From assembly GCA_040398005.1 (NCBI GenBank), contig JBBAUX010000011.1, forward strand, positions 1-28,638: DNA of 28,638 nt. Reading direction: 5' to 3'. Made by a program: the position numbers and the translations under genes. This document shows, piece by piece, positions 1 through 10,500 of the stretch (the stretch's first letter is position 1; every line of letters begins with the position of its first letter). A model generated the notes under the pieces. It saw only the letters and a program-made list of their open reading frames with translations. It searched no databases and was not told where the DNA came from. This DNA is from Opitutales bacterium (GTDB lineage Bacteria; Verrucomicrobiota; Verrucomicrobiia; Opitutales; UBA953).

Positions 1-971
1 TAACGGGTGCTGCTGGTAATATCGGCTACGCCGCCATATTCCGAATCGCTTCAGGTGCAGTGTTTGGTGCGGATCAGCCTGTTGCTTTAAACTTAATTGA
101 AGTAGGTCCCGGTTTAAATGCTTTAGCGGGTGTGGTCATGGAACTACAAGATTGTGCGTTCCCTTTGCTTACCGACGTCGTTGCTACTGGAGATTTAGAT
201 GAAGGATTCAAGGACGCTGATTGGTGTCTCTTAATTGGTGCCGTTCCACGTAAAGACGGCATGGAGCGAAAAGACCTATTAGGTATCAACGGAAAAATTT
301 TCATCGGACAAGGACAGGCCATTGCGCGTTCTGCAAAAAAGTGCGTAAAAGTTTTAGTCGTGGGCAACCCATGTAATACGAATGCCTTAATCGCTCTGCG
401 TTCTGCTACTGGATTAAAAGAAGAAAACTTTTTTGCGATGACACGACTCGACGAGAACCGTGCGAAATCGCAGTTAGCTAATAAAGCAGGCGTGCATAAC
501 TCCGTGGTTAAGAATGTAGCTATTTGGGGAAATCACTCTTCGACGCAGTATCCCGACTTCACTAATGCCACCATCGCAGGTAAACCTGCCACTCATGTGA
601 TTTTGGATCACGCATGGTTAAAAGAAACTTTCGTCAATGACGTCCAAAAGCGTGGTGCCGCTGTGATTAAAGCACGTGGTGCTTCTTCGGCAGCTTCGGC
701 AGCGAATGCCGCCCTTGATACTCTGCGTAATTTACATTTCGCAACGCTCGTTGGTGAATGGCATTCGGTAGCCGTTCTCTCCAAGGGAGATTATGGTATT
801 ACCCCAGGGATTATGTTCGGATATCCTATTCGCACTCTCGCCGATGGCTCTTGGGAGATTGTTAAAGGATTACCAGTCGACGAATTCTCGCGCGGCAAAA
901 TTTCGATTACCGAAAAAGAGTTACTAGAAGAGCGTGCCACCGCGTCGGAAGCGCTCGGTCTAAAACTCTAA
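1..971 (+). CDS. mdh: Malate dehydrogenase (MDH type 2), 5'-truncated by the window edge
   Basis: The frame is open from position 3: TGAAGNIGY (NAD-binding motif), then [48 protein letters not shown] and [12 protein letters not shown]. The true start is upstream of the window; the ORF track's start at 60 is internal. Confidence 0.97.
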   Translation, partial: TGAAGNIGYAAIFRIASGAVFGADQPVALNLIEVGPGLNALAGVVMELQDCAFPLLTDVVATGDLDEGFKDADWCLLIGAVPRKDGMERKDLLGINGKIFIGQGQAIARSAKKCVKVLVVGNPCNTNALIALRSATGLKEENFFAMTRLDENRAKSQLANKAGVHNSVVKNVAIWGNHSSTQYPDFTNATIAGKPATHVILDHAWLKETFVNDVQKRGAAVIKARGASSAASAANAALDTLRNLHFATLVGEWHSVAVLSKGDYGITPGIMFGYPIRTLADGSWEIVKGLPVDEFSRGKISITEKELLEERATASEALGLKL

Positions 972-975
972 GCAA

Positions 976-1977
976 TTATTCGGCTTTCAGTTTTATCAGG
1001 GTGATGTCAGCTGGGCGACAGGTGCCCAGTTTAATTTCACCATTATTGGCGGCTGAGAAAATAGCGGGCTCAGGGCGAATTGGCTCTACATTGCGCTCGG
1101 TTCTTCCGCCATTAATTTTTTGAAGTCCAATGTAGTCCAAGATAACCGGATTAGCGCTGGCGAGAATCGTTTTTTCTGACTTACACCAACTCGCGTCAAA
1201 GCTCGGTCCACCCAGTACTTGAAAGTTTTCTAACGAAACAATATTAAGAATATTCTTTGTAGAAAGTTCGGGTATCGCGCAAACTTCAATGGCTACCTTA
1301 GAAGCATTCGCGGGGTTGTCGTTGAATCGCTCGCTATTAGCGATGCTCCCCAGTGAGGCAGAACCCATGACACCAAAAACCCCGAGCGCTTTGCTGTCGG
1401 ATATCACGGGTAGATTAATCCAAAAATCGACTTCATCGAATAAGGTTTTGGGGAGAACGCTGATACGATTATCGCCCCAGGCCACGGTCGGAGAGCCCGG
1501 ACGTGGCATGACCTGATTTTCATAACAAAGTTTTTTATCCTTTGCCCAGTTAGTTGCTTCCGCTTCAAAAGCGATTACTGGTAGACCTTCAAAAGTTTGT
1601 GGATCGGTGCGGAGCGCAGGAAGGAAGCCGCACTCACGTAAGCTTTGCAGATTGGCATCGCACAAAATAATTGAGTCTCGATTAAAGCCTCGTTTTTCGA
1701 GGGCCTGACTTAAGGCGCGTACGAGTGGTTTGGGTGTGGCTAAGCCAAGTCCCGACTGTGAAGAAATTTTTAATCCACATTTTCCGAGTTTACCTGGTTT
1801 AAGTCCGATGCCGGTTTGTTTTTCAAATTCCTCAAGGATGCTATCCACTGCATAGGTGTAATGTTTGTCGCTGAACCCCTGAAGCTTTTGCTCGATGAGT
1901 AGCAACTTCGGGTCGGTGATAGCGTCTAAACTTAACACTAGGCTGCAAAAAGCAAAGAGAGTGAACAAGTGACGCAT
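976..1977 (-). CDS. Putative exported DUF362-like protein
   Basis: The ATG at 1977 gives a signal-peptide-like N-terminus (MRHLFTLFAFCSLVLSLDA). Segments GLKI...GLATPKPLVRAL...L...GF, DEVDFWINLPVISD and ILASANPVILD resemble DUF362 blocks from recollection; no search was run. Confidence 0.6.
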   Translation of the reverse strand: MRHLFTLFAFCSLVLSLDAITDPKLLLIEQKLQGFSDKHYTYAVDSILEEFEKQTGIGLKPGKLGKCGLKISSQSGLGLATPKPLVRALSQALEKRGFNRDSIILCDANLQSLRECGFLPALRTDPQTFEGLPVIAFEAEATNWAKDKKLCYENQVMPRPGSPTVAWGDNRISVLPKTLFDEVDFWINLPVISDSKALGVFGVMGSASLGSIANSERFNDNPANASKVAIEVCAIPELSTKNILNIVSLENFQVLGGPSFDASWCKSEKTILASANPVILDYIGLQKINGGRTERNVEPIRPEPAIFSAANNGEIKLGTCRPADITLIKLKAE

Positions 1978-2060
1978 CCCTAAATACTCTACTAAAAGTA
2001 GCATTTCGCAAGTTTGCTCTTTAGATTGCAGACTCACTGGGCAGTCTCTAGCCATTCAAC

Positions 2061-3395
2061 ATGCTCGAAGCCGCGCCCTTACCCCAACGTCGAATTTTGG
2101 GACTCATTTTTTTGACGGTCTTCATGGATATCATCGGGTTCAGTATCATTATCCCTCTTTTCCCGCATCTCTTAAATCATTATATAACAACCGAAGGCGC
2201 GCAGGGTAATTTGATTGGCATGTTGTCATCAGCGGCTGAATGGCTGGGCGGCACGACGACATTTCAGAAGACAGTCTTATTCGGTGGATTGTTGAGCACG
2301 TTATATTCTTTGCTCCAATTTATTTTTTCACCCATTTGGGGTTCGCTCTCGGATCGTTACGGTCGTCGCCAAATTTTAACCATCACCCTCGCGGGCAATG
2401 CACTCTCTTATTTTATCTGGATTTTTGCGGGGCAATTCTGGGTGGTCGTTTTAACCCGACTCATCTGCGGAATGATGGCAGGGAATATTGCCGTAGCGAG
2501 CGCAGCGGCTGCTGACGTTACTGATGAGAAGGAGCGTACTAAGGGCATGGCGATTGTCGGGGTGGCGATTGGGATGGGCTTTTTAGTTGGTCCAGTGATT
2601 GGCGGACTCTCCACGGTCTTAAAACCCATCTACGAAGCTAATCCGTTTTCCACTCCAGCCTTAATCGCCGCGTGTATGGCAGGCCTCAATTTTATTTTAG
2701 TACAGATGTATTTTCCGGAAACACTCGCGGAAAAGAACCGAGCGCAACACGACTCTAAACGTCCCTCGGTTTTTGACTTAGCCAATGTTGAATCGCGTGC
2801 CGTTCGCCGTACTTCACTCGCCAATCTCATTTACCAAGTCGCTTTCACGGGTATGGAAAACACCGTTGTCTTCCTGACATTCTTTTTATTCGCCTACAGT
2901 GCGCACGACAATGTTTACCTATTTTTATTTAATGGTACCTGCTTAATTGTCGCCCAGGGATTAGCGCGAGTGATTGTGAAAAAGATTGGTCAGCGCGGAG
3001 TCATTATGACTGGGATGATTTTAGCCATTATTGCTTTTAGTCTAGTAGCGTTCATTCCTAATCCGACGTCCGACTTGCCCATCGTGAGTTGGGGTAAGAC
3101 AGTGTTTTATGTTGGCATGGGACTGCTTTCTTTCGCGACGGGTTTAATTCTCCCGAGCGTGTCTGCATTGGTCTCACTTTATTCAAGTCCGAGTGACCAG
3201 GGTCGGAATTTAGGAATTCTCCGTTCGGCCGGTTCGCTCGCTCGAGTCATCGGACCGCTCAGTGCGGCGTTTCTATATTTTAAAACTGGGTCACACCAAT
3301 GGGTTTATATTGGTGCTGCCCTCTTAATGCTTCCCGCACTTTGGGTGGTCCGCGGCTTGCCCGATCCACATAAAGTTCAGAATACTAATTCTTAG
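2061..3395 (+). CDS. MFS transporter, TetA/DHA1-like
   Basis: IFLTVFMDIIGFSIIIP (motif D1), motif A GSLSDRYGRR, motif C-like GFLVGPVIGG and about 12 hydrophobic segments. Confidence 0.92.
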   Translation: MLEAAPLPQRRILGLIFLTVFMDIIGFSIIIPLFPHLLNHYITTEGAQGNLIGMLSSAAEWLGGTTTFQKTVLFGGLLSTLYSLLQFIFSPIWGSLSDRYGRRQILTITLAGNALSYFIWIFAGQFWVVVLTRLICGMMAGNIAVASAAAADVTDEKERTKGMAIVGVAIGMGFLVGPVIGGLSTVLKPIYEANPFSTPALIAACMAGLNFILVQMYFPETLAEKNRAQHDSKRPSVFDLANVESRAVRRTSLANLIYQVAFTGMENTVVFLTFFLFAYSAHDNVYLFLFNGTCLIVAQGLARVIVKKIGQRGVIMTGMILAIIAFSLVAFIPNPTSDLPIVSWGKTVFYVGMGLLSFATGLILPSVSALVSLYSSPSDQGRNLGILRSAGSLARVIGPLSAAFLYFKTGSHQWVYIGAALLMLPALWVVRGLPDPHKVQNTNS

Positions 3396-4722
3396 AAATT
3401 TTCTGGGCGAGGGAGTGTCCGCTCCGAATCACTTGCATTAAAGAGATTCCACCGCGGAACGCTCCATGGAAATAGAGGCCAGCATTTTTTGATTCGACCA
3501 GTGCTAAACTATTTTCCCTCTCAGTCTGTCCCAGGGTGTATTGGGGAATAGATTTCTCCCAACGCTGAATCCATTCCTTTTCGGGTCGGGCCGTGATTCC
3601 GAGAGTCTCTTTGAATTCGCGATCTAAAATTTCGCCCAGTCCGATATCTGACTTAGCTGCCATGTGCGGTTGGCGGGCACCACCAATAAAACTGGTAAGA
3701 AGTATTTTTCCTGCGGGTGCTCGTGCTGGTAAAACCGATGAAGAGAAAAGCGTCCCTAAAATTTCACGTTTTTCGGATTGAGGAATTAAATAACCAAACC
3801 CGTTGAGCAAGTGTGGAGCGTCGGATTGATTATAGCCTCGCGCTATCACGGTAACACTCGGCGATGGAGCCAATTTCCAATCTTCTAAATCTTTTAAAAT
3901 CTCGAAGGGTAGGGCCGAGGACCACTGCCAGTGAGGGATCGTAATAATTAAATTTTTAGCCCAACCCCCATGCTCTTCACCCCGAGTGTTACGCCAAGCC
4001 ACCTGCCAGCCACCTTTACTCTTTTGCATTAAGGTTAAGTGACAGCCTAGTTCTATAGTGTTTTTAAGACTATCCGCCATTGCTTCGGCTAATTGTTGCA
4101 TACCGTTTTTGAATCCGATGATGGAGCGTCCTTCTTTTTTGCTTTTGATAAGACCGAGTAAAATAGAGCGATGATTTTTTTCGAGTTCCGTTAAAAGTGG
4201 AAAACAATTTTCGACCATTAACTCGTGAGGATTGCCGGCATGGGTACCGGCGATGACTGGATCTATGAGTAGCTCGGCCGCGGCTGAACCAAATCTTCGC
4301 GAAATAAAATTAAAAACCGACTCGTTTTTTATTTTACTACGAGCGATAAATACTTCGGAGAGCAGGCGTAATTTTTCACTGAAAGACAGTAGGTCCGATT
4401 TTAAAAGAGAAGAAGGTTGAGCGTTGAGGGCATGAAGTTTGCCGCGCGAAAGGATGAAGCGGTTAGCGGCACTGCTATCGGCCCAAAGAATTTCTTTATC
4501 TAATCCGTAGCCGTGTAGGATTTTTAGATCACCCTCGCCGTTAATTTGTAAAGTGTTGGGTCCCGTTTCGACAATCCAGCCGCCCTGGTTGATGGTTCGG
4601 ATGGAACCCCCGACGCGTTGTGAGGATTCTACGACCTTAACTTTAGCTCCCGATTTATTTAGTTCATGAGCTACAGCCAGGCCGGCTGGTCCAGCTCCTA
4701 GAATGATGGTATCAAGGCTCAC
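3385..4722 (-). CDS. hemY: FAD-dependent protoporphyrinogen/coproporphyrinogen oxidase (HemY type)
   Basis: The likely GTG start at 4722 puts the Rossmann motif IILGAGPAGL at the N-terminus. Also RVGGSIRT, ETGPN, GFKNGMQQL, GFGYLIP, LGTLFSS..P.RAP.G and RW..SIPQY. The 3' end overlaps the convergent MFS gene by 11 nt. Confidence 0.9.
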   Translation of the reverse strand: MSLDTIILGAGPAGLAVAHELNKSGAKVKVVESSQRVGGSIRTINQGGWIVETGPNTLQINGEGDLKILHGYGLDKEILWADSSAANRFILSRGKLHALNAQPSSLLKSDLLSFSEKLRLLSEVFIARSKIKNESVFNFISRRFGSAAAELLIDPVIAGTHAGNPHELMVENCFPLLTELEKNHRSILLGLIKSKKEGRSIIGFKNGMQQLAEAMADSLKNTIELGCHLTLMQKSKGGWQVAWRNTRGEEHGGWAKNLIITIPHWQWSSALPFEILKDLEDWKLAPSPSVTVIARGYNQSDAPHLLNGFGYLIPQSEKREILGTLFSSSVLPARAPAGKILLTSFIGGARQPHMAAKSDIGLGEILDREFKETLGITARPEKEWIQRWEKSIPQYTLGQTERENSLALVESKNAGLYFHGAFRGGISLMQVIRSGHSLAQKISKN

Positions 4723-4776
4723 TATTTCATCTTTCTCTAATTGGCTGATAAATAGAGACAAAAGTGAATCCACGCC

Positions 4777-4814
4777 AATGTCTAAAAATAGGCAGTAATG
4801 TCTAAAAATAGGCA
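4777..4814. promoter_or_regulatory. Two identical 18-bp boxes (AATGTCTAAAAATAGGCA) with a 20-bp period; putative sites for an enhancer-binding activator
   Basis: Exact direct repeat at 4777-4794 and 4797-4814. Each copy contains the near-palindrome TGTCTA-AAAA-TAGGCA, upstream of a sigma54 motif and glnA. Confidence 0.6.
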
Positions 4815-4846
4815 ATTGAGGTTGTGAATGTTTCTGGATTGTGCCG

Positions 4847-4862
4847 TGGCACACTGGGTGCT
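4847..4862 (+). promoter_or_regulatory. Putative sigma54 (-24/-12) promoter of glutamine synthetase
   Basis: TGGCACACTGGGTGCT is GG-N10-GC with a perfect TGGCAC; it ends 23 nt before the glnA ATG. Confidence 0.7.
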
Positions 4863-4885
4863 GATTAGAGGGGTATATTTCTAAC

Positions 4886-7039
4886 ATGAGTACCAACCCA
4901 GCCCGTCAAAGCGCAATTGCTTCAATTGCCTCTCAACCTCGTCTCGAAGGGACGTTCGACTTCCGTAATGAGAAGATCGATCTCATCTACGGACAAAATG
5001 TTTTCTCACTCGAGAAAATGGAAAAGCGTCTACCCAAAGATATTTTCAAATCTCTCAAGTCGAGCATCGAGACCGGTAGCAAACTGGATGGTACTGCTGC
5101 TGACATTGTTGCTTCAGCAATCAAGGATTGGGCGCTTGAGTGTGGTGCAACTCACTACGCACACGTCTTTTATCCTCTCACCGGTTTCACCGCTGAGAAG
5201 CACGATACTTTCTTCGAGCCCAATGGTACGGGTACCCTCGCTCAATTCTCTGGTAAGGCTTTAATCCAAGCTGAGCCAGACGCTTCATCGTTCCCTAACG
5301 GTGGTCTTCGCTCAACTTTCGAAGCTCGTGGTTACACGGCGTGGGACGTCACTTCACCTGCTTATATTTTTGACGGTGAAAACGGTTCAACCCTTTGCAT
5401 TCCTACTGCGTTCGTTTCTTGGAAGGGTGAGGCGCTTGATAAAAAGACTCCCTTACTTCGCTCGATGCAGGCTGTGAATCGTGCTGCTCAGCGCGTGTTA
5501 GCACACTTCGGCAAGAAAGTTGGATTCATCAGCGCATCCTGTGGTCCAGAACAAGAATACTTCTTAATCGATTCTCGTTTATTCCATTTACGTCCTGACC
5601 TTTATACCTGTGGTCGTTCTCTCTTCGGTTCCAAGCCAGCTAAAGGACAAGAATTTGAAGACCAATACTTCGGTACTATTCCTGATCGCGTGCTCGCCTG
5701 CATGATGGAAACCGAACGCGAGTGTTTCAAACTCGGTATTCCAATTAAGACCCGTCACAATGAAGTGGCTCCTGCGCAGTACGAAGTAGCTCCGATTTAT
5801 GAGTCTGCTAACGTAGCGCACGATCACCAAATGTTAACCATGACGCTGCTGCGTCGCGTTGCTACCAAACACGGCTTCGTTTGTCTTCTCGCTGAGAAGC
5901 CATTCGCAGGCGTGAACGGTTCCGGTAAGCACGTTAACTGGTCCATCGGTGGTCCGGGCGTAGGCAATCTTCTCGAGCCAGGCAATGATCCTCACACCAA
6001 CGCACAGTTCCTTGCTTTCTGCTCCGCGGTGATTCGTGCCGTTGATTTACACCAAGGTTTACTCCGTGCGTCTGTTGCCTCTGCCGGTAACGATCACCGT
6101 CTCGGTGCGAACGAAGCTCCTCCCGCAATCATCTCGATTTACTTGGGCGATATGCTCAACGAAGTGATCGAACAAGTTAAAGCCAGTGGTGCCGCATCCA
6201 GCTCACGCAAAGGTGGCACGATGACTCTCGGTGTCGATACCTTACCCGTACTTCCCAAAGATGCTGGTGACCGTAACCGTACCAGTCCGTTCGCCTTCAC
6301 TGGAAATAAATTCGAATTCCGCGCCGTAGGTTCTGCCTTCTCTGTAGCCGGTCCATTGACTGTATTAAATACAATCATGGCCGACTCACTCGATATGTTG
6401 GCCGACGAACTCGACGTCGAAATGAAGTCCACTAAGGATTTCAACATCGCTCTCCAGAAAGTTCTCAAAGCGATTCTTACCAAGCACGGTCGTATCATCT
6501 TCAATGGTAATGGATACTCTGAAGAGTGGCATAAAGAAGCGGAGAAGCGTGGACTCAAGAATCTCCGCACCACTCCTGAGGCGCTTCCTGAAATCGTTTC
6601 CAAAGCTGCTGTTGAATTATTCGAACGCCAAAAAGTTCTCAGCAAAGACGAGCTACACTCCCGCGAAGAAATCTACACTCACTCTTACGTCTTGTCGGTT
6701 AAGACTGAGGCGAAGTTAACTTCCGAGATTGCGCGCACGCTTCTGTTGCCGGCCGCATTTAAATACGCGATCGAACTCACCGCCGTGGCTGATAGCAAAT
6801 CGGGTAAGAAACTACGCTCCGAAATCCTCGCACTCGCCGATCAACTATCTGACGCTATCGACGCTTTAGATAAAGAACGCGCAGTTGAGTCCGACACCCA
6901 CAGCAATGCTAAGCACGCCTGCGCTAAGGTTCTGCCTGCCATGTTGAAGGTTCGTGCTGCCGCTGACGCCCTTGAGGAGTTAGTGTCCGACGAATATTGG
7001 CCATTACCATCCTACCAAGAGCTTCTCTTCCTCCGCTAA
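4886..7039 (+). CDS. glnA: Glutamine synthetase type III
   Basis: 717 aa with GSIII motifs [111 protein letters not shown] and C-terminal WPLPSY.ELLF. Confidence 0.97.
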   Translation: MSTNPARQSAIASIASQPRLEGTFDFRNEKIDLIYGQNVFSLEKMEKRLPKDIFKSLKSSIETGSKLDGTAADIVASAIKDWALECGATHYAHVFYPLTGFTAEKHDTFFEPNGTGTLAQFSGKALIQAEPDASSFPNGGLRSTFEARGYTAWDVTSPAYIFDGENGSTLCIPTAFVSWKGEALDKKTPLLRSMQAVNRAAQRVLAHFGKKVGFISASCGPEQEYFLIDSRLFHLRPDLYTCGRSLFGSKPAKGQEFEDQYFGTIPDRVLACMMETERECFKLGIPIKTRHNEVAPAQYEVAPIYESANVAHDHQMLTMTLLRRVATKHGFVCLLAEKPFAGVNGSGKHVNWSIGGPGVGNLLEPGNDPHTNAQFLAFCSAVIRAVDLHQGLLRASVASAGNDHRLGANEAPPAIISIYLGDMLNEVIEQVKASGAASSSRKGGTMTLGVDTLPVLPKDAGDRNRTSPFAFTGNKFEFRAVGSAFSVAGPLTVLNTIMADSLDMLADELDVEMKSTKDFNIALQKVLKAILTKHGRIIFNGNGYSEEWHKEAEKRGLKNLRTTPEALPEIVSKAAVELFERQKVLSKDELHSREEIYTHSYVLSVKTEAKLTSEIARTLLLPAAFKYAIELTAVADSKSGKKLRSEILALADQLSDAIDALDKERAVESDTHSNAKHACAKVLPAMLKVRAAADALEELVSDEYWPLPSYQELLFLR

Positions 7040-7064
7040 GCCTTCCCGGCCTAGCCGACATCAT

Positions 7065-7098
7065 GGGTCGAGTCTTCACAGACTCGGCCTATTTTTTT
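7065..7098 (+). terminator. Intrinsic terminator after glnA
   Basis: GGGTCGAGTC-ttcaca-GACTCGGCCT stem (with G-U pairs) followed by ATTTTTTT. Confidence 0.8.
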
Positions 7099-7118
7099 AC
7101 CTGGAAAGATCGGCTAAC

Positions 7119-7146
7119 AAAAAACCCGCCAGAGTCGGCGGGTTTT
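7119..7146 (-). terminator. Intrinsic terminator after rpsU (possibly bidirectional)
   Basis: AAAACCCGCC-agagtc-GGCGGGTTTT; T6 tail on the minus strand and T4 on the plus strand. Confidence 0.8.
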
Positions 7147-7172
7147 GGGTTAGATAACCTAAGTCGGTCGAC

Positions 7173-7373
7173 TTAGTTGTTATCCCACTTCTTACGTAGG
7201 TAGCTATTGAAGTTCTTTACCTTCGTCTTGCGACGACGACGTTCACAGGGCTTTTCATAGCCACGCTTAGCGCGGACGTCTTTGATTACGCCCTCGCGGT
7301 CGATTTTTTTCTTAAGGCGGCGGAGAGCCTTATCGATGGTCTCGCCTTTACGTATCTTGATTTCTACAGACAT
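7173..7373 (-). CDS. rpsU: 30S ribosomal protein bS21
   Basis: 66 aa, basic: IKIRKGETIDKALRRLKKKIDREGVIKDVR...YEKP.ERRR. Confidence 0.95.
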   Translation of the reverse strand: MSVEIKIRKGETIDKALRRLKKKIDREGVIKDVRAKRGYEKPCERRRRKTKVKNFNSYLRKKWDNN

Positions 7374-7526
7374 GATTAATCAGTTGGAGGGTTGAAAGAA
7401 CAGAGTCTGGTCGGGGTCGTCAACCCAGAAACCACGACTTTTTAGGATGTGAAAAACTTATCAAGAAAGGCAGATATCACGCTTGCGGAGGGGGTAAAGC
7501 ACGGCAATCGTGGCAAACAACCCTCG

Positions 7527-10500
7527 ATGTACCTCAAGGAAATCGTAGCCAACGGATTCAAAAGCTTCGCCGATCGTACTCGAATTGAGTTACGCCCCGG
7601 AGTCACGGCTGTCGTCGGACCCAATGGCTGCGGAAAATCGAACATCGTGGATGCCATCCGTTGGGTACTCGGCGAGCAAAGTGCTAAGTCCCTCCGCGGA
7701 CAGAGCATGCAAGACGTCATCTTCAGTGGTACGGATACTCGTAAGCCACTTCCCCAGTGTGAAGTAGAATTAGTTTTTGCGGATTGTGAAAAGGACCTAG
7801 GAACCGCTTTCGCAGAAGTATCTGTCATGCGTCGCTTGTATCGCGAAGGTACGAGTGATTATTTTTTAAATGGTAAGCCGGCTCGCCTAAAAGATATTCA
7901 ACGTCTGTTCATGGATACGGGTATCGGCCGGATGTCTTACTCGTTCATGGTTCAAGGACAGATCGAACAAGTTCTTTCTTCTAACCCATCAGAGCGTCGT
8001 TATCTTTTTGAAGAAGCGGCCGGTATCACTCGCTATAAATCGCAACGCAAAGAGACGCTGAATAAATTATCGGGCGTTGATGCTAACTTAGCACGTGTCA
8101 CCGATGTGATTGGTGAAGTGGGTCGACAAATTTCTAGTCTGCGTCGCCAAGCTGCTAAAGCTCTTCGTTACCGTCGCTTAAAACATCGCTACACTCATTT
8201 AGATTTAGCCTGGCAGACCAAACAGTTTATCGATCGTCGCCAACAAGTGGAAAAGCTGGAAGGTGAAGCCAAGGCCTGCCGGGCCCAAGTACAATCGTTG
8301 TCCGATAGTTTACAGACCCGCGAATCAGCCCTCGCCTCTACCCGGGCCGCCCGCATCGAATTAGCAGAACTCGTCCAACGCGCCCAGCAGGCTTTGTTTG
8401 ATTTACGCACGGCTCGAGAAAATTCTGAAGCTGAAGCGCGTACCGCCGATTTAAGATCGGACGATTTAACGGCACGCTTGGCTGATATTAAACGCGAAGC
8501 TGCTGAAGCCGAACAAGCTATTACTGAATATGAAACACGCTTACGGGGCAGCACCGATGTTAAATCGGCCGCCGCGGGCGATGTTTCAGTTGCCGATGCC
8601 AGCTTCCGTGAAAAAACCGCCGAAGTAGATCAACTAGGACGATTAGTCACGGAGTCCGAAGTTCGCTTACGTATGGCGCGACAAGATATTTTAATTGCGG
8701 AAGGTGAAATGACACGAGCACGTGGAGACGTTACTAATTCAGAAATTGATTTACGCGGACACCAAACTCGCTTGGTGGATTTAAATGATTCCCTCACGCA
8801 AGCTAAAGCCGAACGTCACGGCCTAGAGCGTCGCGCTAACGAAAGCGCTACAGTCGTAAGCACCCGCCACCAAGATTTACAGACTGCGCGGAGCACCGAA
8901 AGTGCAGCGGCGGAAAAGGTGAAGGTATTCTATAATGATTTTCGTTCACTTCAGCTGACCATCTCGGAACAAGACCGGATTGTTGCTAAACTTTCAGCTC
9001 AGTTAGGTTTACTCGAACAAATGCAATCGCGCCTCGAAGGATTCTCCGATGCGGCGAAAGCCGTTTTACGCGGGGAACTTTCCGACGGTAAAGAAGCGGG
9101 TAAAGCATTAGCTGATCTCGTCAGTGTGACCGACGCCTCGGTCGCTGGTCCATTAGAGAGTATTCTCGGTGCAGCTTCTGAAGCGGTCGCTTTGGATAAT
9201 ATTGATTTCTTACCGGCTATCGTATCGCAGATGGGCGAACGCGAATTGGGTCGTGCGGTATTCCAAGTGGAAGCCCCTCAAACTCAAAAATCTTCAGTAA
9301 ACGCGCCAACTTGGCTCCGCCAGGCATCCACCGCAGTTCAACCCAAGGCCGCCATTCACGCTCGCCTCATCTCTAACCTTTTCGATGGATGTTACATTTG
9401 TGATAGCTTGAGCGATTTCCTTAAATGGTGGCGCACTAACCCTGGCTTCGAATTCTTTTTAGTCGCAACCACGAGTGGTGATCTCATCGATCGTCGCGGT
9501 CTGGTCTTCACTGGTCGTCCGCGTAAAGCGTCTTCGGGTGCTGCTATGGGCGTATTTTCACGCGAGAGCGAAATTCGCTCCGTCCGCCAAAAACTGGAAG
9601 AAGAAAACGATAAACTTACCACGCTCAATGAGCAGGCAATCAGTTTACAAAGTCAGATTGATGAAGCGGAAGCTAATTTAGTTAATTTACGTTCGTCCAC
9701 CGAAGCTGCAGCCGAAGAGCTTTCTGTGGCCCAAGCGGATGAACGTTCTGCGCGTGCTACTTTGGCGGCGATGGACGAAAGAATTTCTCGCGAGCAGCGT
9801 TTGTTAGATGAAACCGAAGTGGCTAAAGGTGAATCCATTATTCGCCGGAATCGCGCCCAAGATTTATTATCAGCCAAAGACGGCCAAGTCGCCGGTCTGC
9901 GTCAGGCCATTGTTGATGGCGAACAAGATGTTGAACGTCGTCGCAAAGATGCTGAAACCAGACGCTCTCTCTTGGGCGATGTGCGTTTAAGTTTAGCGGA
10001 ACAACGTCAACGCCTCGAATTGGCAGGCCGTGAATTAGCCGATTTAGAATCACGCAAAATTGAAGCTACCGCCCGCTTGGTTGCTCGCCGCACGGAAGGG
10101 CAGAATAGTGAGCGTGCGATTGCCGAATTAAAAGCTCAGGCGCAAACGGCTCGCGAAAATTCTCAGCGTCTGGCTGGTGAAATTGAAACTTCAACTAACG
10201 CTCTTGCGGGTCTGCGTGATGAATTAAGTCAGAAAGATTCTATTTTAGAATCGGAAGACCGGGTATTATCCGTTGATCGCGAACGTCTCCGCCAAACCGA
10301 GAGCCAACTCAAGTCTTACGAAGTTTCCCTCGCGGAACAGAGTTCGCAGTGTAATTTTATTTCAGAAAAAGTTCTATCCGATCACCAGACTGATGTGACC
10401 AAGGTAGATTGGCGTATCGAATTATGGTGGGCGGATGGTGAGCCTGAAGGTGCTGCGGGCTTTGATGATTTAGAAGAGGCCGAGGAGGGTGAAGTCCAGC

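Noticed and set aside
1978..2055. 26-aa N-terminal extension of the DUF362-like ORF
   Set aside because: It would leave almost no room for divergent promoters; the signal peptide starts at ATG 1977.
4777..4814. Direct repeat as a CRISPR remnant
   Set aside because: Only two 18-bp copies separated by 2 bp, no spacer-length gap and no cas genes.
4723..4896. 58-aa N-terminal extension of HemY in the ORF track
   Set aside because: It crosses the glnA promoter region and start codon; the FAD-binding motif marks GTG 4722 as the likely start.
7449..7526. 26-aa N-terminal extension of SMC
   Set aside because: The canonical SMC N-terminus MYLK....GFKSFA begins at 7527.
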